Notes: a model not told the origin generated them from the letters alone. A DNA stretch of 64,000 bases from Polyangiaceae bacterium (GCA_044376115.1 JBILLK010000016.1:64001-128000), one strand, 5' to 3'. Shown: positions 21,101 to 30,145, numbered from the stretch's first letter. Numbers and translations: made by a program.

Positions 21101-22634
21101 GCCGGTCGCGCCGATCGCGCTCGCGCCCAACTCCGCCGCACCGACGTCCACGCCGCGAGTGATCCCAGCGTTGCCCGCCGTTCCATCGCTGCTGCAGCCG
21201 CAGCCAGCCGCTGCTACGAGCGCTGCTGCAACGAGCGCCGCTCCGGCGAGGGCCGCTGCACCAATCACCCCTGAGCCGCCCGCCGCATCGATCATTACGC
21301 CGGCTGCCGCGGTTGCGCCGAGCGAGCCTGTTGCGAGCGACCTCGTGCTGCTCGAGGTCCCAGCGATCGAATGGGATGACGCCTCGGAGTCGGTCGCTCT
21401 TTCAGCCGCGGTTACAAGTCCCGAGCCCGCCCTCGTCGAGCCTGCCCCCACACCGTCGGTATCGCCGCGCCAATCCTATGAACGCCGCCTGATCCCGCCG
21501 GTTTCGCATACCTGGCCGGCGCGACCGAGCCTGTTATCGGCGGCGGAAGAGCACCTCTATGCGGAGCTGCTAGCGGGCTTTCCGGAGGCGGGGGACAAGC
21601 TGCTGAGCGGTCTCGACGCACAGCGACGGCGCGATCGCATCTTGGTCTTGCGCTATTTGGCGCTGCTCGCGCCCGGTGAACGACTGCACCTGGAGATGTT
21701 GCGGCGCGAAGTCGAACAGGACGGTGATGAGAGCTACGCGCAGGCGCTCGCCCACGTGCTTTCGGTGGTGGACGGTCGCTCGACGCCGGCGCCGCCGCTG
21801 GCCACACAAGCACGCGAGCCCGAGCTCGTTCATGCGCTCCTTACGCGGGGAGTGACCTCGCGCGAGGTGGAGGCGCTGCGCATCGTCTGGGACGCCGGCT
21901 TGTTCCGCAAAGACGCGGCCTCCTACGGTGTATCGCCGGGGAATCGGCTCGCGCTCGGCCAGGCCAGCGGGCTCGGGGACGCCTACCGCGAGTTGACCCA
22001 ATCGCTCGGCGCACCCCGACCGATTCACCATTTGCCGAATGATCCGTCGCCTGGGATCGGCGTTGCACTTTTGGCACAGCCTGCCATCGTGGTACGAGGC
22101 CCAGCCGCTCGAACGCGCGACCTGGTGTTCCAACTCGCGTGCGCGCACGTGAGCTCGGTGCCGGATCTGATCTTGGCCGCGCACCTGCCGAGCGCATCCT
22201 TGCAGTCGCTGTTCACGGTGTTGATGGCGGCCTTCGGTCCCATTGGTTCAGGCGGCGAAGACGCGCCGGGCTCGAGCGACGTCTTCCGCGAGGAGGCGAG
22301 GCTTTCGGCCGAGCTATGGCAGAGAATCAGCCCGGTCGCTGAGCGTCGTCTGCGCGAGCTGCTCGCGCCAGGCCCGCTCTCGGTGGCAGAGGCTCGTCGC
22401 GTCGCCATGCTGATTTCGTTCCGCGCCGGGCTGTTCGTTACCGCGGATCTGTCTCACGCGTTGTCTCTCGTCGCGCGCAGCGAGCAGTTCGCGTGGCCGC
22501 TCGAGGGCCCCGAGCCGCTCTTCGGCTTGTGCCTCGCGAGCGAGCTTGCTCGCGACCTCGTAAGCCTCGCGGTGCGCGGTGAGTTCGCCGGCGCGCGTTG
22601 GCAATCCCAGGCGCCGCGCTCCATCCGGCGGTGA
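15195..22634 (+). CDS. Giant (~2480 aa) helical-repeat/TPR-like cytoplasmic protein
   Basis: Uninterrupted ORF of Ala/Leu/Glu-rich TPR-like repeats with two Pro/Ser/Ala linkers. C-terminal RAGL...DL...A...DLV.....F..R tail is typical of myxobacterial giant TPR proteins. Start uncertain (15171 or 15195). Confidence 0.8.
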   Translation: MDATESGASDDGEGTLSVPSEVSSETDLPRYEGPLAVLANKDAKLKDAELRGDRATERRLAVELARLFAERGTNLELALKLAERATKLGGEDPQLRLELAGWRAGLGDPAGAAAHLEAAAVAEASNRNLVRAGVLYGRGRRPNEALRAFEAASGRDSRDPIPHELIGTLSSWAGDVVSKDRAAAAYLDAAELRAGVGENDGALEDLLRAFEVNPASTVAAERVAGALSAEGRGSAADEMLRDHAAALEDHGAPESALMVHANRLARGLAADDVPAALSAVLDLGLCQSSHANISPEIDRRIDEVLTRCGLPELLAVRLTQRAKARQGGARAQLFDALARLFSGDLKSDRDAMRAFVESAVADPAQASALDALRAYERRDDDHEGLVEALVRIASVVRPPEASLQTRANLALELAELAESRVGDPALADWALERARSLEPGRAEDVAHSRGRLEAELAERDEEISRVEAAVEGRASAQREARLLHFRKLVSLYGRAPAFEARTFDALAAICRADAEDALALRSLSLLFRRSEFQNAAWCELYESILLGRLETSLSLRDELFVRSELVELAFANGAVAAALRTVLPLLELVEKDSRTDQALSLGVSALVLVVRSGDGPSREQARAYAVIAEVLGEALGALFLAAASETYRMVGALTDARRTAERALEMDAGCTRAATALARVSAVLGGREAAVAIERALGIVVPRAWLCDALSRSLESISEHELSFAWTQRWLALVPSDRRAMAELLRGCLAGTDPARISNALNWVLAQPDPPEDRAQVFVDALTLLYGLDAKMAGQVARRALDVFGPSHALVRERLMSLADEHHDAGLAIAVLERFVASSAASPVDVLVELAQRRQDVSDFDGAASELARAADRAEPSLLLQVVAEIEKASDGALQSDGLIALTEARSRALLRKLRLTPSQAPKSNSEAVENEARERSNLLRDIVESFRMLGALRWDLAEDSRGAEQALFEAAELDVAAGFEIYAHDLAELAGPEPAVRAIFERAGLSEDEPVEKRMALALAAAHLSAEHGLAKFALEAARKALAIEPGHAEAISIAESQASHVPDGDAQIDAIYTALAATAMGVYGRRAAHYRAARTLERLGSNDLAEKHALAAFEAVPNEGTSWQILTRLVDPITGSQLAVDAFLGVAQTAKRHEVAGWYKRALELCGKDSDGLNRSLDVLLRALFAAPEMSFALALQETLSQLKDFGPYPELLAERLDKAAPIILTKLEGPDGARTAAHLSKAMLPVGATKGAFACLEAAVELDGGVEVFERLFGDVWQYAESTEASAAFLERVELRVADPRSVVGAPLLNLAAAFAAELGKSDSEVALSKRAEQLAADDRPPPTEVHEDPFADPAFLADSVPPTTELDAAQPSASPSVEAPKTQDALLVVEEEEDDGEEPVALVAPSSRLTSASPSSLPRTRRSASTVDFHVVKDGFDALFATLEDRPPDSTVGRPSTAPSMLPTSAPPDSLDALQPIVPGAPPLTKNLARSQPAPAPQPSRPAAANSPSVAPAGSSAVPSTAATRRSVAPALARGLKERARELEDEGRFEEAAQLHLELVSDAAQDAAERVHSALAAAEAFALAGDARSSLKALDALPKQLNTAEVAQKRIEVLRLLGDSFGVVVAIDQLIALGDLSEEKTARLLVDAARAAAAAGDEQGALVRARRAVRLAPLMPLAVLECAQLEYAARGMGTPRDAAAQLETLHAIEADLAPEFVELHAFLLAEATDVIHGGGAGLRELSKRHAVVGPLPLIALGMAERLLRARNFDAAVPLFEKALQGDLRNVRNKARVSLAAADAAIQAERLSDAAQFLLRAEESADTRAQVERRRREILAYDPDPNVAIPVLKGLVEESSGLVRARYLQRLGRVVAKEDFEEGVRLLEDAMVLARRDRVVVEELRAELVALIEVKSARGRPASEPQPEPLAAESKRLSSPPLPSSSPAIAPVKPLRDENESAPPSSGWVAPVAPIALAPNSAAPTSTPRVIPALPAVPSLLQPQPAAATSAAATSAAPARAAAPITPEPPAASIITPAAAVAPSEPVASDLVLLEVPAIEWDDASESVALSAAVTSPEPALVEPAPTPSVSPRQSYERRLIPPVSHTWPARPSLLSAAEEHLYAELLAGFPEAGDKLLSGLDAQRRRDRILVLRYLALLAPGERLHLEMLRREVEQDGDESYAQALAHVLSVVDGRSTPAPPLATQAREPELVHALLTRGVTSREVEALRIVWDAGLFRKDAASYGVSPGNRLALGQASGLGDAYRELTQSLGAPRPIHHLPNDPSPGIGVALLAQPAIVVRGPAARTRDLVFQLACAHVSSVPDLILAAHLPSASLQSLFTVLMAAFGPIGSGGEDAPGSSDVFREEARLSAELWQRISPVAERRLRELLAPGPLSVAEARRVAMLISFRAGLFVTADLSHALSLVARSEQFAWPLEGPEPLFGLCLASELARDLVSLAVRGEFAGARWQSQAPRSIRR

Positions 22635-22816
22635 CGTCGATGCGAGCTTCAGCCTAGAATTGCGCGATGGATGCCCCCAGGAAGACGCCAGTGACAGCGC
22701 GGGTGCCGCCGCGACAGGGATGTCATGGCCAGCCCACCGTTCGCGCGCACGATGTCGCTCTGCGCGCCGGTTCTGCGAGCATTTCAGCGGTGGCACGCGT
22801 CTTGGATAGTCAGCTT

Positions 22817-23380
22817 GTGATTCGAGTCCTCGCGGTCCTCGGCGCAACCACCATGAGCTCTTGCCTCGTCGTTTCAGATCCCCAGTTTGATGCGCCCATT
22901 CGGCGAGCGCCGGTGTTCCTGCCGGACCGGGCCACGCCCGACTCTCGCCGCGTGATCAAGATCGACCAAACCACGCCGTCAGTGGATTTCGTTGCGCCCT
23001 TCGTCTCCGAGGACGTCGGCACCGACGTCGAGACCAGGCTCTTCATCGACTACGGAGTACCCACCGGGGACAACAAGTTCGTCTCGCTCATTCTCGGCAA
23101 CGTGATTCCGGCCGGCACGCTCGAAGACGGCGAGCGCATTGCCAAGGCCACCTGGCGCTCCGACCAAGCCACGCTCTCGCCCGGGTGCCACCGCATGACC
23201 TTGGTGGTTGCCCATGACTTCGGCGAGAACGGCTGCCCCATCACGCAACCGAATGATCCGCTCGGCTACGACGCCATCTCGTGGACGGTCGTGCGTTGTG
23301 ACGACGACTGTGCCTCCTTCGACCTAACCACCCAATGTCCCGCCTTCACCGACTCCTGCGCTCCTGAACCTTCGAACTGA
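22817..23380 (+). CDS. Hypothetical lipoprotein with Ig-like beta domain
   Basis: GTG 22817 gives MIRVLAVLGATTMSSC, a compact lipoprotein signal. The ORF track extends to 22667, so the start is uncertain. Confidence 0.7.
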   Translation: MIRVLAVLGATTMSSCLVVSDPQFDAPIRRAPVFLPDRATPDSRRVIKIDQTTPSVDFVAPFVSEDVGTDVETRLFIDYGVPTGDNKFVSLILGNVIPAGTLEDGERIAKATWRSDQATLSPGCHRMTLVVAHDFGENGCPITQPNDPLGYDAISWTVVRCDDDCASFDLTTQCPAFTDSCAPEPSN

Positions 23381-23413
23381 CGATCAACCTCCCGTTCAAC
23401 CGAAAGCAGAATC

Positions 23414-25192
23414 ATGTTTTCTCCGAATCAGCTGAAGTTCCGACACTCGCCGCTCCTGCTTGCCCTCGCGGGCATCGGTTTTGGCGGCTGTTCGTTTCAG
23501 CTCGAGACGGATCCGCTGCTCGACAACGGTTGTGTGGCCAACGTTGATTGCGCGTCCGGGGACGCTTGCGTGGATTCAGCCGTTCTCGGGCGCGGCGTGT
23601 GTGTCGCCACCGAGTCTGAGCTCGGCCAGGTCGTGCTCGAGGTCAAGCGCACCGATCGCGGCAGCGCTTCCTACGTCTTTGCCGATGTCCTCACCGTGAA
23701 TGAAGAATCGTCGACCGGCCTGTTGAAGACGATCGAGCTGCGTCTACCCAAGGACCTGCCGGTGGTCGGCAAGCTGTTGGCGGATGAGGGCGTCAGCGGT
23801 GAGGGCTGCGTCGCCAGCGACGGCTCGGTGCCGGTGGAAGTCACCTTGCACCGTCGGTTTGAAACCGGGCCGTTTCGCTCGGAGGTCACTTCGCTCTCCA
23901 GCATCGTGGCGGAAGGCGATGGCACCACGGCGGCCTTTGCGTTGTCGGTTCCCGCCGGTAATTACGATGCTTACTTGGTGCCGAGCAAGATCGATGGCTG
24001 TCCGGCCATGCCGCCTCGTTTGGTCCCGGTGGTCGTGAGCGAGCCGGAGATCCCCGGCGATCCCGGTCTGGTGCTCGAGCCAGCGGATGATTTGTCGAGT
24101 TCGTTGCAAGGGACGTTGACGGTCCCGGTCGACGTGGCGATGGAAGGGTGGACGCTGGAGCTGGTTGACCCGACTTACGGGCACGTCATCTCCGAGTCGT
24201 TCGAGCTGGTTACGCCGCCGACAGGCGAGTCGACGCTCAAGATCGGTGGAGAGGACGGAATCGCCTACAACCACGTAGAGGGGGCGATCTTGCGGCTGCG
24301 CGACGCGAGCGGCGGCCTTTCGGTGCATTGGTCGGTGGCTGCGCTGGATCTCAACTCGGACCGCGTGGTCGACATCGACATCCGCGATTTGGTGGCCGTT
24401 CCAGAGCCGGTTGAAGCCACCGTGATCGACAGCACTGGTGCCATCGTGCCTAACGCCCAGGTGACGTTGCAGAGCCTTTCACTCACCGGTACCGCCAATC
24501 AGAACGCCTCCTTCCGCGTGGCCACTCAAAGCGATCCGGAGGGCATTGTGCGCGTCGCGCTCGTTCCCGGTACGTACTCCGTTTCGATCGTACCCAATGA
24601 GTCTGAGCCGGGAGTTGCGGCCTTCATCGGTGAGTGGACGATCGCGCAGAACCTCGGTGGTACCGGCAAGGGATTCGAACTGACGGCGAAGACCACCGTG
24701 GCGGGCACGATTCAGAATCGGTTGGGAGAGGATTTGGGCGCGGCGCCCATGTTGTTCGGGCCGCGGCAAACGCTGGTGGCCAACTACTTCTCGCAGGCGT
24801 TCCAGGTGGATGGCCAGGTCACTCGGTTCGCTACCACCACCACCGGACTGTTGGGAGACTTCGAGGCTACGTTGGATCCGGGCACCGTCGATGTAGCCGT
24901 TCAGATGCCCGCGGACTCCGGTTTCCCCTGGCTCGTGCTGCCGAGCTTGGTGATCCCGCCGGCCGCGCAAACCGCCACGGTGGACCTCAAGACCTTGGAG
25001 ATGCCCAGCCCCGTGTTGGTCCAAGGCGTGGTTCGGGACGCCGACGGAAACCCAGTTTCGCTCTCGCTCGTCGAGGCCTACGTCCCTGGGGCCGAGGTCG
25101 GAGCGCCGTTGATTCAGGTCGGTTCATCGGCCACCGACGGAAGTGGCGCCTTCATCTTGCCGCTGCCATCGCGGATCACCGTGGCCCCCTGA
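23414..25192 (+). CDS. Lipoprotein with Cys module and carboxypeptidase-regulatory/Ig-like repeats
   Basis: Lipobox FGGC; CVANVDCASGDAC module; repeated G.V.D..G.PV...V...TD..G.F.L.L beta-sandwich motifs. Confidence 0.8.
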   Translation: MFSPNQLKFRHSPLLLALAGIGFGGCSFQLETDPLLDNGCVANVDCASGDACVDSAVLGRGVCVATESELGQVVLEVKRTDRGSASYVFADVLTVNEESSTGLLKTIELRLPKDLPVVGKLLADEGVSGEGCVASDGSVPVEVTLHRRFETGPFRSEVTSLSSIVAEGDGTTAAFALSVPAGNYDAYLVPSKIDGCPAMPPRLVPVVVSEPEIPGDPGLVLEPADDLSSSLQGTLTVPVDVAMEGWTLELVDPTYGHVISESFELVTPPTGESTLKIGGEDGIAYNHVEGAILRLRDASGGLSVHWSVAALDLNSDRVVDIDIRDLVAVPEPVEATVIDSTGAIVPNAQVTLQSLSLTGTANQNASFRVATQSDPEGIVRVALVPGTYSVSIVPNESEPGVAAFIGEWTIAQNLGGTGKGFELTAKTTVAGTIQNRLGEDLGAAPMLFGPRQTLVANYFSQAFQVDGQVTRFATTTTGLLGDFEATLDPGTVDVAVQMPADSGFPWLVLPSLVIPPAAQTATVDLKTLEMPSPVLVQGVVRDADGNPVSLSLVEAYVPGAEVGAPLIQVGSSATDGSGAFILPLPSRITVAP

Positions 25193-25241
25193 GGCAAGGA
25201 ACGACTTCGGTTTACCGGCAGCGTGGGGTACGCTGCCAGCG

Positions 25242-26309
25242 GTGCATTCTTCTCGGACTAAACGAGAACAGGAGCTCGAGGCGGCTCTTCACGACGTGGG
25301 CAATTCGCTCACCGTGATCCTGGGTTGGATCGAGGAGGCCCGGCAAAAGGCCGGAGATGAGCGGCAGGCGCTCGAACTCGGGCTGGCCCGGGCCAAACGT
25401 GCCGTACACGTCTGTCGAGCCGCCATCGGCGCTGAGCCTGCGCAGGCTCCAGCTGAGGGGCTCGCCGATTTGTTGGGCGAGCTGCGGGCGACCTTGGCCA
25501 AAGAGGTCGGTCGGCGCGGGGCTACGTTGGAGGTCGAGCTCGCGGCGGAGCTCGAGGCGGCCTGGGTGGTACGCGGCTCGGAGCTGCTGTCGATCCTCGA
25601 GAACCTCGTGCTGAACGCGCTCGAGGCTGGCGCTGCGGTTGCGCCGCGCGCCCTCCAACTTCGAGTGGGCGTCACGAGCGCTGGCCCGCGCATGATCAGC
25701 CTGCACGTGAGTGACAACGGCCCCGGCGTTCGCGAGGAGCTCAGGTCGAAGTTGTTCACCGCGGGCTTCACCACCAAGCGAGCCGGCGCAGGGATCGGCT
25801 TGGCCCACGGGCGCGCTGTCGCCCTCAGCGTCGGCGGTTCGCTCGATCTACTACTAACGACGCACACGGCTGGCGCGACCTTCGAGCTGTGTTGGCCGCA
25901 CGCCGCGCGCAACCAACCGTTCGAAGCGACGCCGCACACCATGCGCCGGCGGGATCTGACCGGGGTTCGCATCGCGCTGATCGAGGATGATCCCAGCGTG
26001 ATCGAGTTGCTCGAGATGGTGCTCGCGGCTCGCGGCGCCGAGGTGCAGTCCTTCGCCGATCACGCGCGCTTTCAGGTCGCTCTCTGCGAAGGCCCGTTCG
26101 ATGTCGCGCTACTCGACGCATCGCCGTTCGGCGCCTCGCTCGAGAGCAGCCTGCAGCAGCTACGCGGCCAACACCCGCAGATGGATCTCGTGTTGATCTC
26201 CGGCGCCAGCGATCCGGGGGCCACCTTGGGCAAGCTCGGCGTGACCTGGATTCGCAAGCCCTTCGATGTCGAAGAGGTGGTTTTCGTCGTGCAGACCCTC
26301 AAGCGTTGA
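25242..26309 (+). CDS. Hybrid histidine kinase/response regulator with no sensor domain
   Basis: H-box HDVGNSL, N-box NLVLNA, DNGPG, FTTK, GAGIGL; receiver LIEDD...LLD...RKPF. Start placed at GTG 25242. Confidence 0.85.
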   Translation: MHSSRTKREQELEAALHDVGNSLTVILGWIEEARQKAGDERQALELGLARAKRAVHVCRAAIGAEPAQAPAEGLADLLGELRATLAKEVGRRGATLEVELAAELEAAWVVRGSELLSILENLVLNALEAGAAVAPRALQLRVGVTSAGPRMISLHVSDNGPGVREELRSKLFTAGFTTKRAGAGIGLAHGRAVALSVGGSLDLLLTTHTAGATFELCWPHAARNQPFEATPHTMRRRDLTGVRIALIEDDPSVIELLEMVLAARGAEVQSFADHARFQVALCEGPFDVALLDASPFGASLESSLQQLRGQHPQMDLVLISGASDPGATLGKLGVTWIRKPFDVEEVVFVVQTLKR

Positions 26310-26311
26310 AC

Positions 26312-27523
26312 ATGAAACAAAAGTCGATTGAGTACGTTCCCGAGGCGCCGCTCGCCTTGCTGAGTGACACCGGGCTCGCGACGGCTGGCGTCGCCGCTGG
26401 CATCAAGGCGAGCGGGCGCCCCGATGTGGCGCTGATGGTGGCCGAGCGCGCCGTACCGGTCGCCGCGCTGTTTACGCAAAACGCCTTCGCCGCGGCGCCG
26501 GTGCTGCGCTGTCGTGAGCACCTCGCCAAGACCGGCGGTTTGGCGCGCGCGATCGTGATCAACTCGGGCAACGCCAACGCGTGCACCGGTGCCCAAGGGG
26601 AGGCCGACGCCTTGGCGATGTGCCGGCTCACTGCCGAGCTCGTGGGCTGCGCGGTCGAGGAGGTGCTTTGTGCTTCCACCGGCGTGATCGGCGTGCCGCT
26701 GCCGTTCGAGAAGCTGGCCGCTGGGATTCGGCGCGCGCACGGCGAGCTCGCTGTCTCACGCGAGGCCGCCAAGCGTTGTTTGGCCGCGATCCAAACCACC
26801 GACGCCTTCGAGAAGCAGGCCGGTGGCAGCTTCACGCACGGCGCGCATACGCTCAACGTCGCAGGCATCGCGAAGGGCGCCGGCATGATCGAGCCGAACA
26901 TGGCGACCATGCTCTCCTTCGTCGCGTTCGACGCCAAGGTCGGGCCAGCCGAGCTCTCGCAGGCCATCCGTCGCATCGCCGCGGGCTCCTTCAATGCGGT
27001 TCACGTCGATTCGCACACCTCGACCAACGACTCCTTCTTCCTGTTGGCGACCGGCTCGCAGGAGGTCGCCGGCTGGGAAGCGCACGTCGCTGAGGTCTCC
27101 GAGCGGCTCGCGTGGTTGATCGCGCGAGACGGTGAGGGCGCCACCAAGGTGACGCGGATCGAGGTCCGCGGCGCCGAGAACGACGCTACGGCGAACGAGA
27201 TCGCACGCACCATCGCCAAAAGCGCGCTCGTCCGCACGGCCTTGTTCGGCAATGATCCGAACTGGGGCCGCTTCGTCAGCGCGGCCGGGAACTCCGCTCA
27301 CGTGCGCGTCGCGAGCGAGGTCTCCTGCGTGCTGCTCGGTACCACCGTGTTCGAGCGTGGCGAGCCCACGGTCTTCGACAAGGCTCAGCTCAGTCGGGCC
27401 CTTTCACAAACCGATGACGTTCGTCTCGAGCTGCAGGTCGGGCCAGGCCCAGGCCGTGCGACCGTGCTCACCAGCGATCTCGGCTACCGCTACGTCGAGA
27501 TCAACGCCGAGTACACGACCTAA
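26312..27523 (+). CDS. argJ: Ornithine acetyltransferase / N-acetylglutamate synthase ArgJ
   Basis: NSGNANACTG, STGVIG, TTD, AKGAGMIEPNMATML (autocleavage Thr), STND, DGEGATK, DPNWGR, INAEYTT. Confidence 0.97.
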   Translation: MKQKSIEYVPEAPLALLSDTGLATAGVAAGIKASGRPDVALMVAERAVPVAALFTQNAFAAAPVLRCREHLAKTGGLARAIVINSGNANACTGAQGEADALAMCRLTAELVGCAVEEVLCASTGVIGVPLPFEKLAAGIRRAHGELAVSREAAKRCLAAIQTTDAFEKQAGGSFTHGAHTLNVAGIAKGAGMIEPNMATMLSFVAFDAKVGPAELSQAIRRIAAGSFNAVHVDSHTSTNDSFFLLATGSQEVAGWEAHVAEVSERLAWLIARDGEGATKVTRIEVRGAENDATANEIARTIAKSALVRTALFGNDPNWGRFVSAAGNSAHVRVASEVSCVLLGTTVFERGEPTVFDKAQLSRALSQTDDVRLELQVGPGPGRATVLTSDLGYRYVEINAEYTT

Positions 27524-28344
27524 GGCTTCGTTGCCGTCGTCGGCGTCGCTGCGCGTTCGGCGCAACATCGAAAGCCGAGCTCGTAGCTCCGAAAGCCCGT
27601 AGGGTGGGCGAAGTTCACGTACTCGCAGCTCGGCGTGTGTGGCGGGCGGAAACACTTGCCCCAAAAGCAGCCTTTGACGACGTGACCGTAGTTCGTCTCG
27701 TTCTTGCGAGTGCGCACCACCCACTCGCCGACGTTACCGGTGAGATCGACTACGCCCTCACTCGACGTGCACCCCGGGCGCGCGCCGGAGGGCTCCGATT
27801 GATCGAGCCGCTCGGCCTCCAACGTTGCTGCTTCCGCGGGCCACGTACCGAGCTTCTTCCAGTTGGCCGCACGATACTGACCGTCGTCGTTGCACACGCC
27901 GGCTTGGTATTTCTTGCCGTAGGGAAACGGATTGCCGGCGGGCCCTTCACATGCTCGCAGCCATTCGTCCTCGGTGCACAGATGTTTGCCGCGCCCCTCG
28001 CAGTAGACCTCACCGTCTTTCGCCGTCTGCATGCGCAAAGGCTTCGCGCCCTTTTGGTTGGGCGCTTCGTAGCGATCGATGCAGGCCGAGCCGAGGTCGA
28101 CCATATCCGCAGGGCAGGGCGTTTGGAGCTCATTCATTGCAGGCGCGCTCGAGCTTGCTACGGAAGGCGCGCTCGAGGGTTGCGGCGCTGCGCCGGTTAC
28201 GTCGCTCGATGCACTCGTCATCCCCGAGTGCGAGGCAACAAGCTCAGGCGTCGCAGCAAGCGGCTTTGGCTCCGGCGACGGCCCCGCGCAGCCGATCAAA
28301 ATCAAAAGCTGTGCAGACCAACGCAAGACCGACCTACGACACAA
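27520..28344 (-). CDS. FGE-sulfatase (SUMF1/EgtB/PvdO-fold) domain lipoprotein
   Basis: CPADM...CIDRYE, LCTEDEW..AC, PYG, GVVDLTGNVGEW, GFRCC; lipobox LIGC. Confidence 0.88.
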   Translation of the reverse strand: MCRRSVLRWSAQLLILIGCAGPSPEPKPLAATPELVASHSGMTSASSDVTGAAPQPSSAPSVASSSAPAMNELQTPCPADMVDLGSACIDRYEAPNQKGAKPLRMQTAKDGEVYCEGRGKHLCTEDEWLRACEGPAGNPFPYGKKYQAGVCNDDGQYRAANWKKLGTWPAEAATLEAERLDQSEPSGARPGCTSSEGVVDLTGNVGEWVVRTRKNETNYGHVVKGCFWGKCFRPPHTPSCEYVNFAHPTGFRSYELGFRCCAERAATPTTATKP

Positions 28345-30145
28345 GCGACGCTTGAATCAGGCCCAACAGCTCGTCGGGGGAGAACGGCTTGGAAAGAAAT
28401 GAGCCGTCCTCCATGGCGCGCGGATCGAGCATGTCGAAGGTGTAGCCCGAGACGTAGATCACCTTGAACCGCCGGCTTCCGCGCAGCTCACTCACGAGCT
28501 TCGGCCCAGCCATCTTCGGCATCACCACGTCGGTCACCACAAGCTCGATGTCGCCGGGGTGCGCGTTGGCTACGGCCAGTGCTTCCTCACCGTCTTTGGC
28601 CTCGAGCACGGTGTAACCGCGCGCGGTCAACGTACGCAGGGCAGCGCGCCGAAGCCCAGCGTCGTCCTCCACCAGCAGGATGGTGGCGCTGGTGACCGGC
28701 GTCTTTGCGCGACTCCCCGCGACCGCCTCGAGCACCAGCGAACTTCGCCGAGCCGTCGGGAAAACGAGAGTAAACGTCGTACCCTCGCCGGGCGAACTGG
28801 CCACGCTGATGTGACCACCGTGCTTCTCTACGATGCCGTACACCGTGGCCAGCCCGAGCCCAGTTCCTTGTCCCGGCCCTTTGGTCGTGAAGAACGGCTC
28901 GAACAAGCGGGCGCGCGTGGATTCATCCATGCCGCAGCCGGTGTCCTCGACCACCAGCGCGACGAACTGCGCCGGATCCTTCGGTAGATCCGAATCGGCC
29001 AGGTCGGCTGAGGTGGCTTGGCGCGTCGAGAGCCTCACCACGCCCCCATCGCTCATGGCGTCGCGCGCGTTCACCAGCAGGTTCAAAAAGACTTGCTCGA
29101 GCTGGGCTCGGTCCGCGCGTACGGGCGGGATGGTTGGATCGAGCTTGAGTTCGATCGTCACGTGTTCGCCTACCAACCGGCCGATGCCGCGCGTCAACTC
29201 GGTGCCCACGCGGTTTAGGTCCAGCACCTCTGGCCGACCCTCGTTGCGCCGGCCAAACGCGAGCAGCTGACGGGTGATCCGCGTCGCGCGCTCCACCGCT
29301 TCTCCGATCGCGAGCACGTCGTCGGACTCCTCGGTACCGGAGGCGAACTTCTCCGAAAGGAAGTCCACGTGATTTCGAATCACCGTCAGCAGGTTGTTGA
29401 AGTCGTGAGCAACGCCGCCGGCGAGACGGCCAATCGCCTCGAGTTTGCGAGCTTGCAGCAGCTGCTTCTGGGTGCGCTCGAGGTTGTCGAGGCTCTCTTT
29501 GAACCGGCGTGTGCTCTCGGCGAGCTCCTGCCCGCGAGACTTGAGATCGGAAACGAGCAAGGCTGCTTGCAGCGCTCGATCAACGTGGTTCTCGAGCAAG
29601 ACCAGAAAGGTCGCGTCCGCCTCTTCGGGGCCTTCTTCCTGGCCGCTTTCACCAGCCTGCTTCACCGCAACGATGGCGCCCATCGTCTCACCGGGCTTCG
29701 GGCGCAACGGGATGAGCACCACCCGACTTCCTTCCCAAGGCCCTTCATTCGGAAACAGCGCTTCGAGCAAGGCGGAAAGCGCGGGCGTATCGGGTGATTC
29801 GTCGAGTTTGAAGATGTTCGCAACGGGTTGCGCGCGAACGTATTGAACGACGGACACGGGGATCGGGCCTGGCGCGCGCGAGCTTTGTCGGCTCCGTTTC
29901 GCGAATACGCGCATGTCGATGCCCGAACCATCGAGCCCAAAGGCAGCCTTCGAATCAAGGGACAGCACCTGCCCGAGCACGAGCAGCGCTCGGTCGAGCA
30001 CGTCCCCGGGCTCTTCAGCGCTGGCGCAGCGAAGGGCAAAGTCACCAAGCGCGATGACGCGGTTGAGATCCCGCACGAGATCGAGACGCCCGCTACGCAA
30101 AGTAGCGTTCTCTTGCCGAAGGCGCTCGATCTCCTGGTCACTCAC
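28334..30145 (-). CDS. Hybrid sensor histidine kinase/response regulator with GAF-like input
   Basis: AHDFNNLL, NLLVNARDA, DTGCGM, FEPFFTTK, GTGLGL; receiver LLVEDD, TDVVMP, KPF. Confidence 0.93.
   Translation of the reverse strand: MSDQEIERLRQENATLRSGRLDLVRDLNRVIALGDFALRCASAEEPGDVLDRALLVLGQVLSLDSKAAFGLDGSGIDMRVFAKRSRQSSRAPGPIPVSVVQYVRAQPVANIFKLDESPDTPALSALLEALFPNEGPWEGSRVVLIPLRPKPGETMGAIVAVKQAGESGQEEGPEEADATFLVLLENHVDRALQAALLVSDLKSRGQELAESTRRFKESLDNLERTQKQLLQARKLEAIGRLAGGVAHDFNNLLTVIRNHVDFLSEKFASGTEESDDVLAIGEAVERATRITRQLLAFGRRNEGRPEVLDLNRVGTELTRGIGRLVGEHVTIELKLDPTIPPVRADRAQLEQVFLNLLVNARDAMSDGGVVRLSTRQATSADLADSDLPKDPAQFVALVVEDTGCGMDESTRARLFEPFFTTKGPGQGTGLGLATVYGIVEKHGGHISVASSPGEGTTFTLVFPTARRSSLVLEAVAGSRAKTPVTSATILLVEDDAGLRRAALRTLTARGYTVLEAKDGEEALAVANAHPGDIELVVTDVVMPKMAGPKLVSELRGSRRFKVIYVSGYTFDMLDPRAMEDGSFLSKPFSPDELLGLIQASLVS

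Noticed and set aside
22791..22806. TGGCACGCGTCTTGGA sigma54-like box upstream of the 22817 lipoprotein
   Set aside because: The -12 reads TTGG instead of TTGC and the start codon is uncertain, so it was not called.
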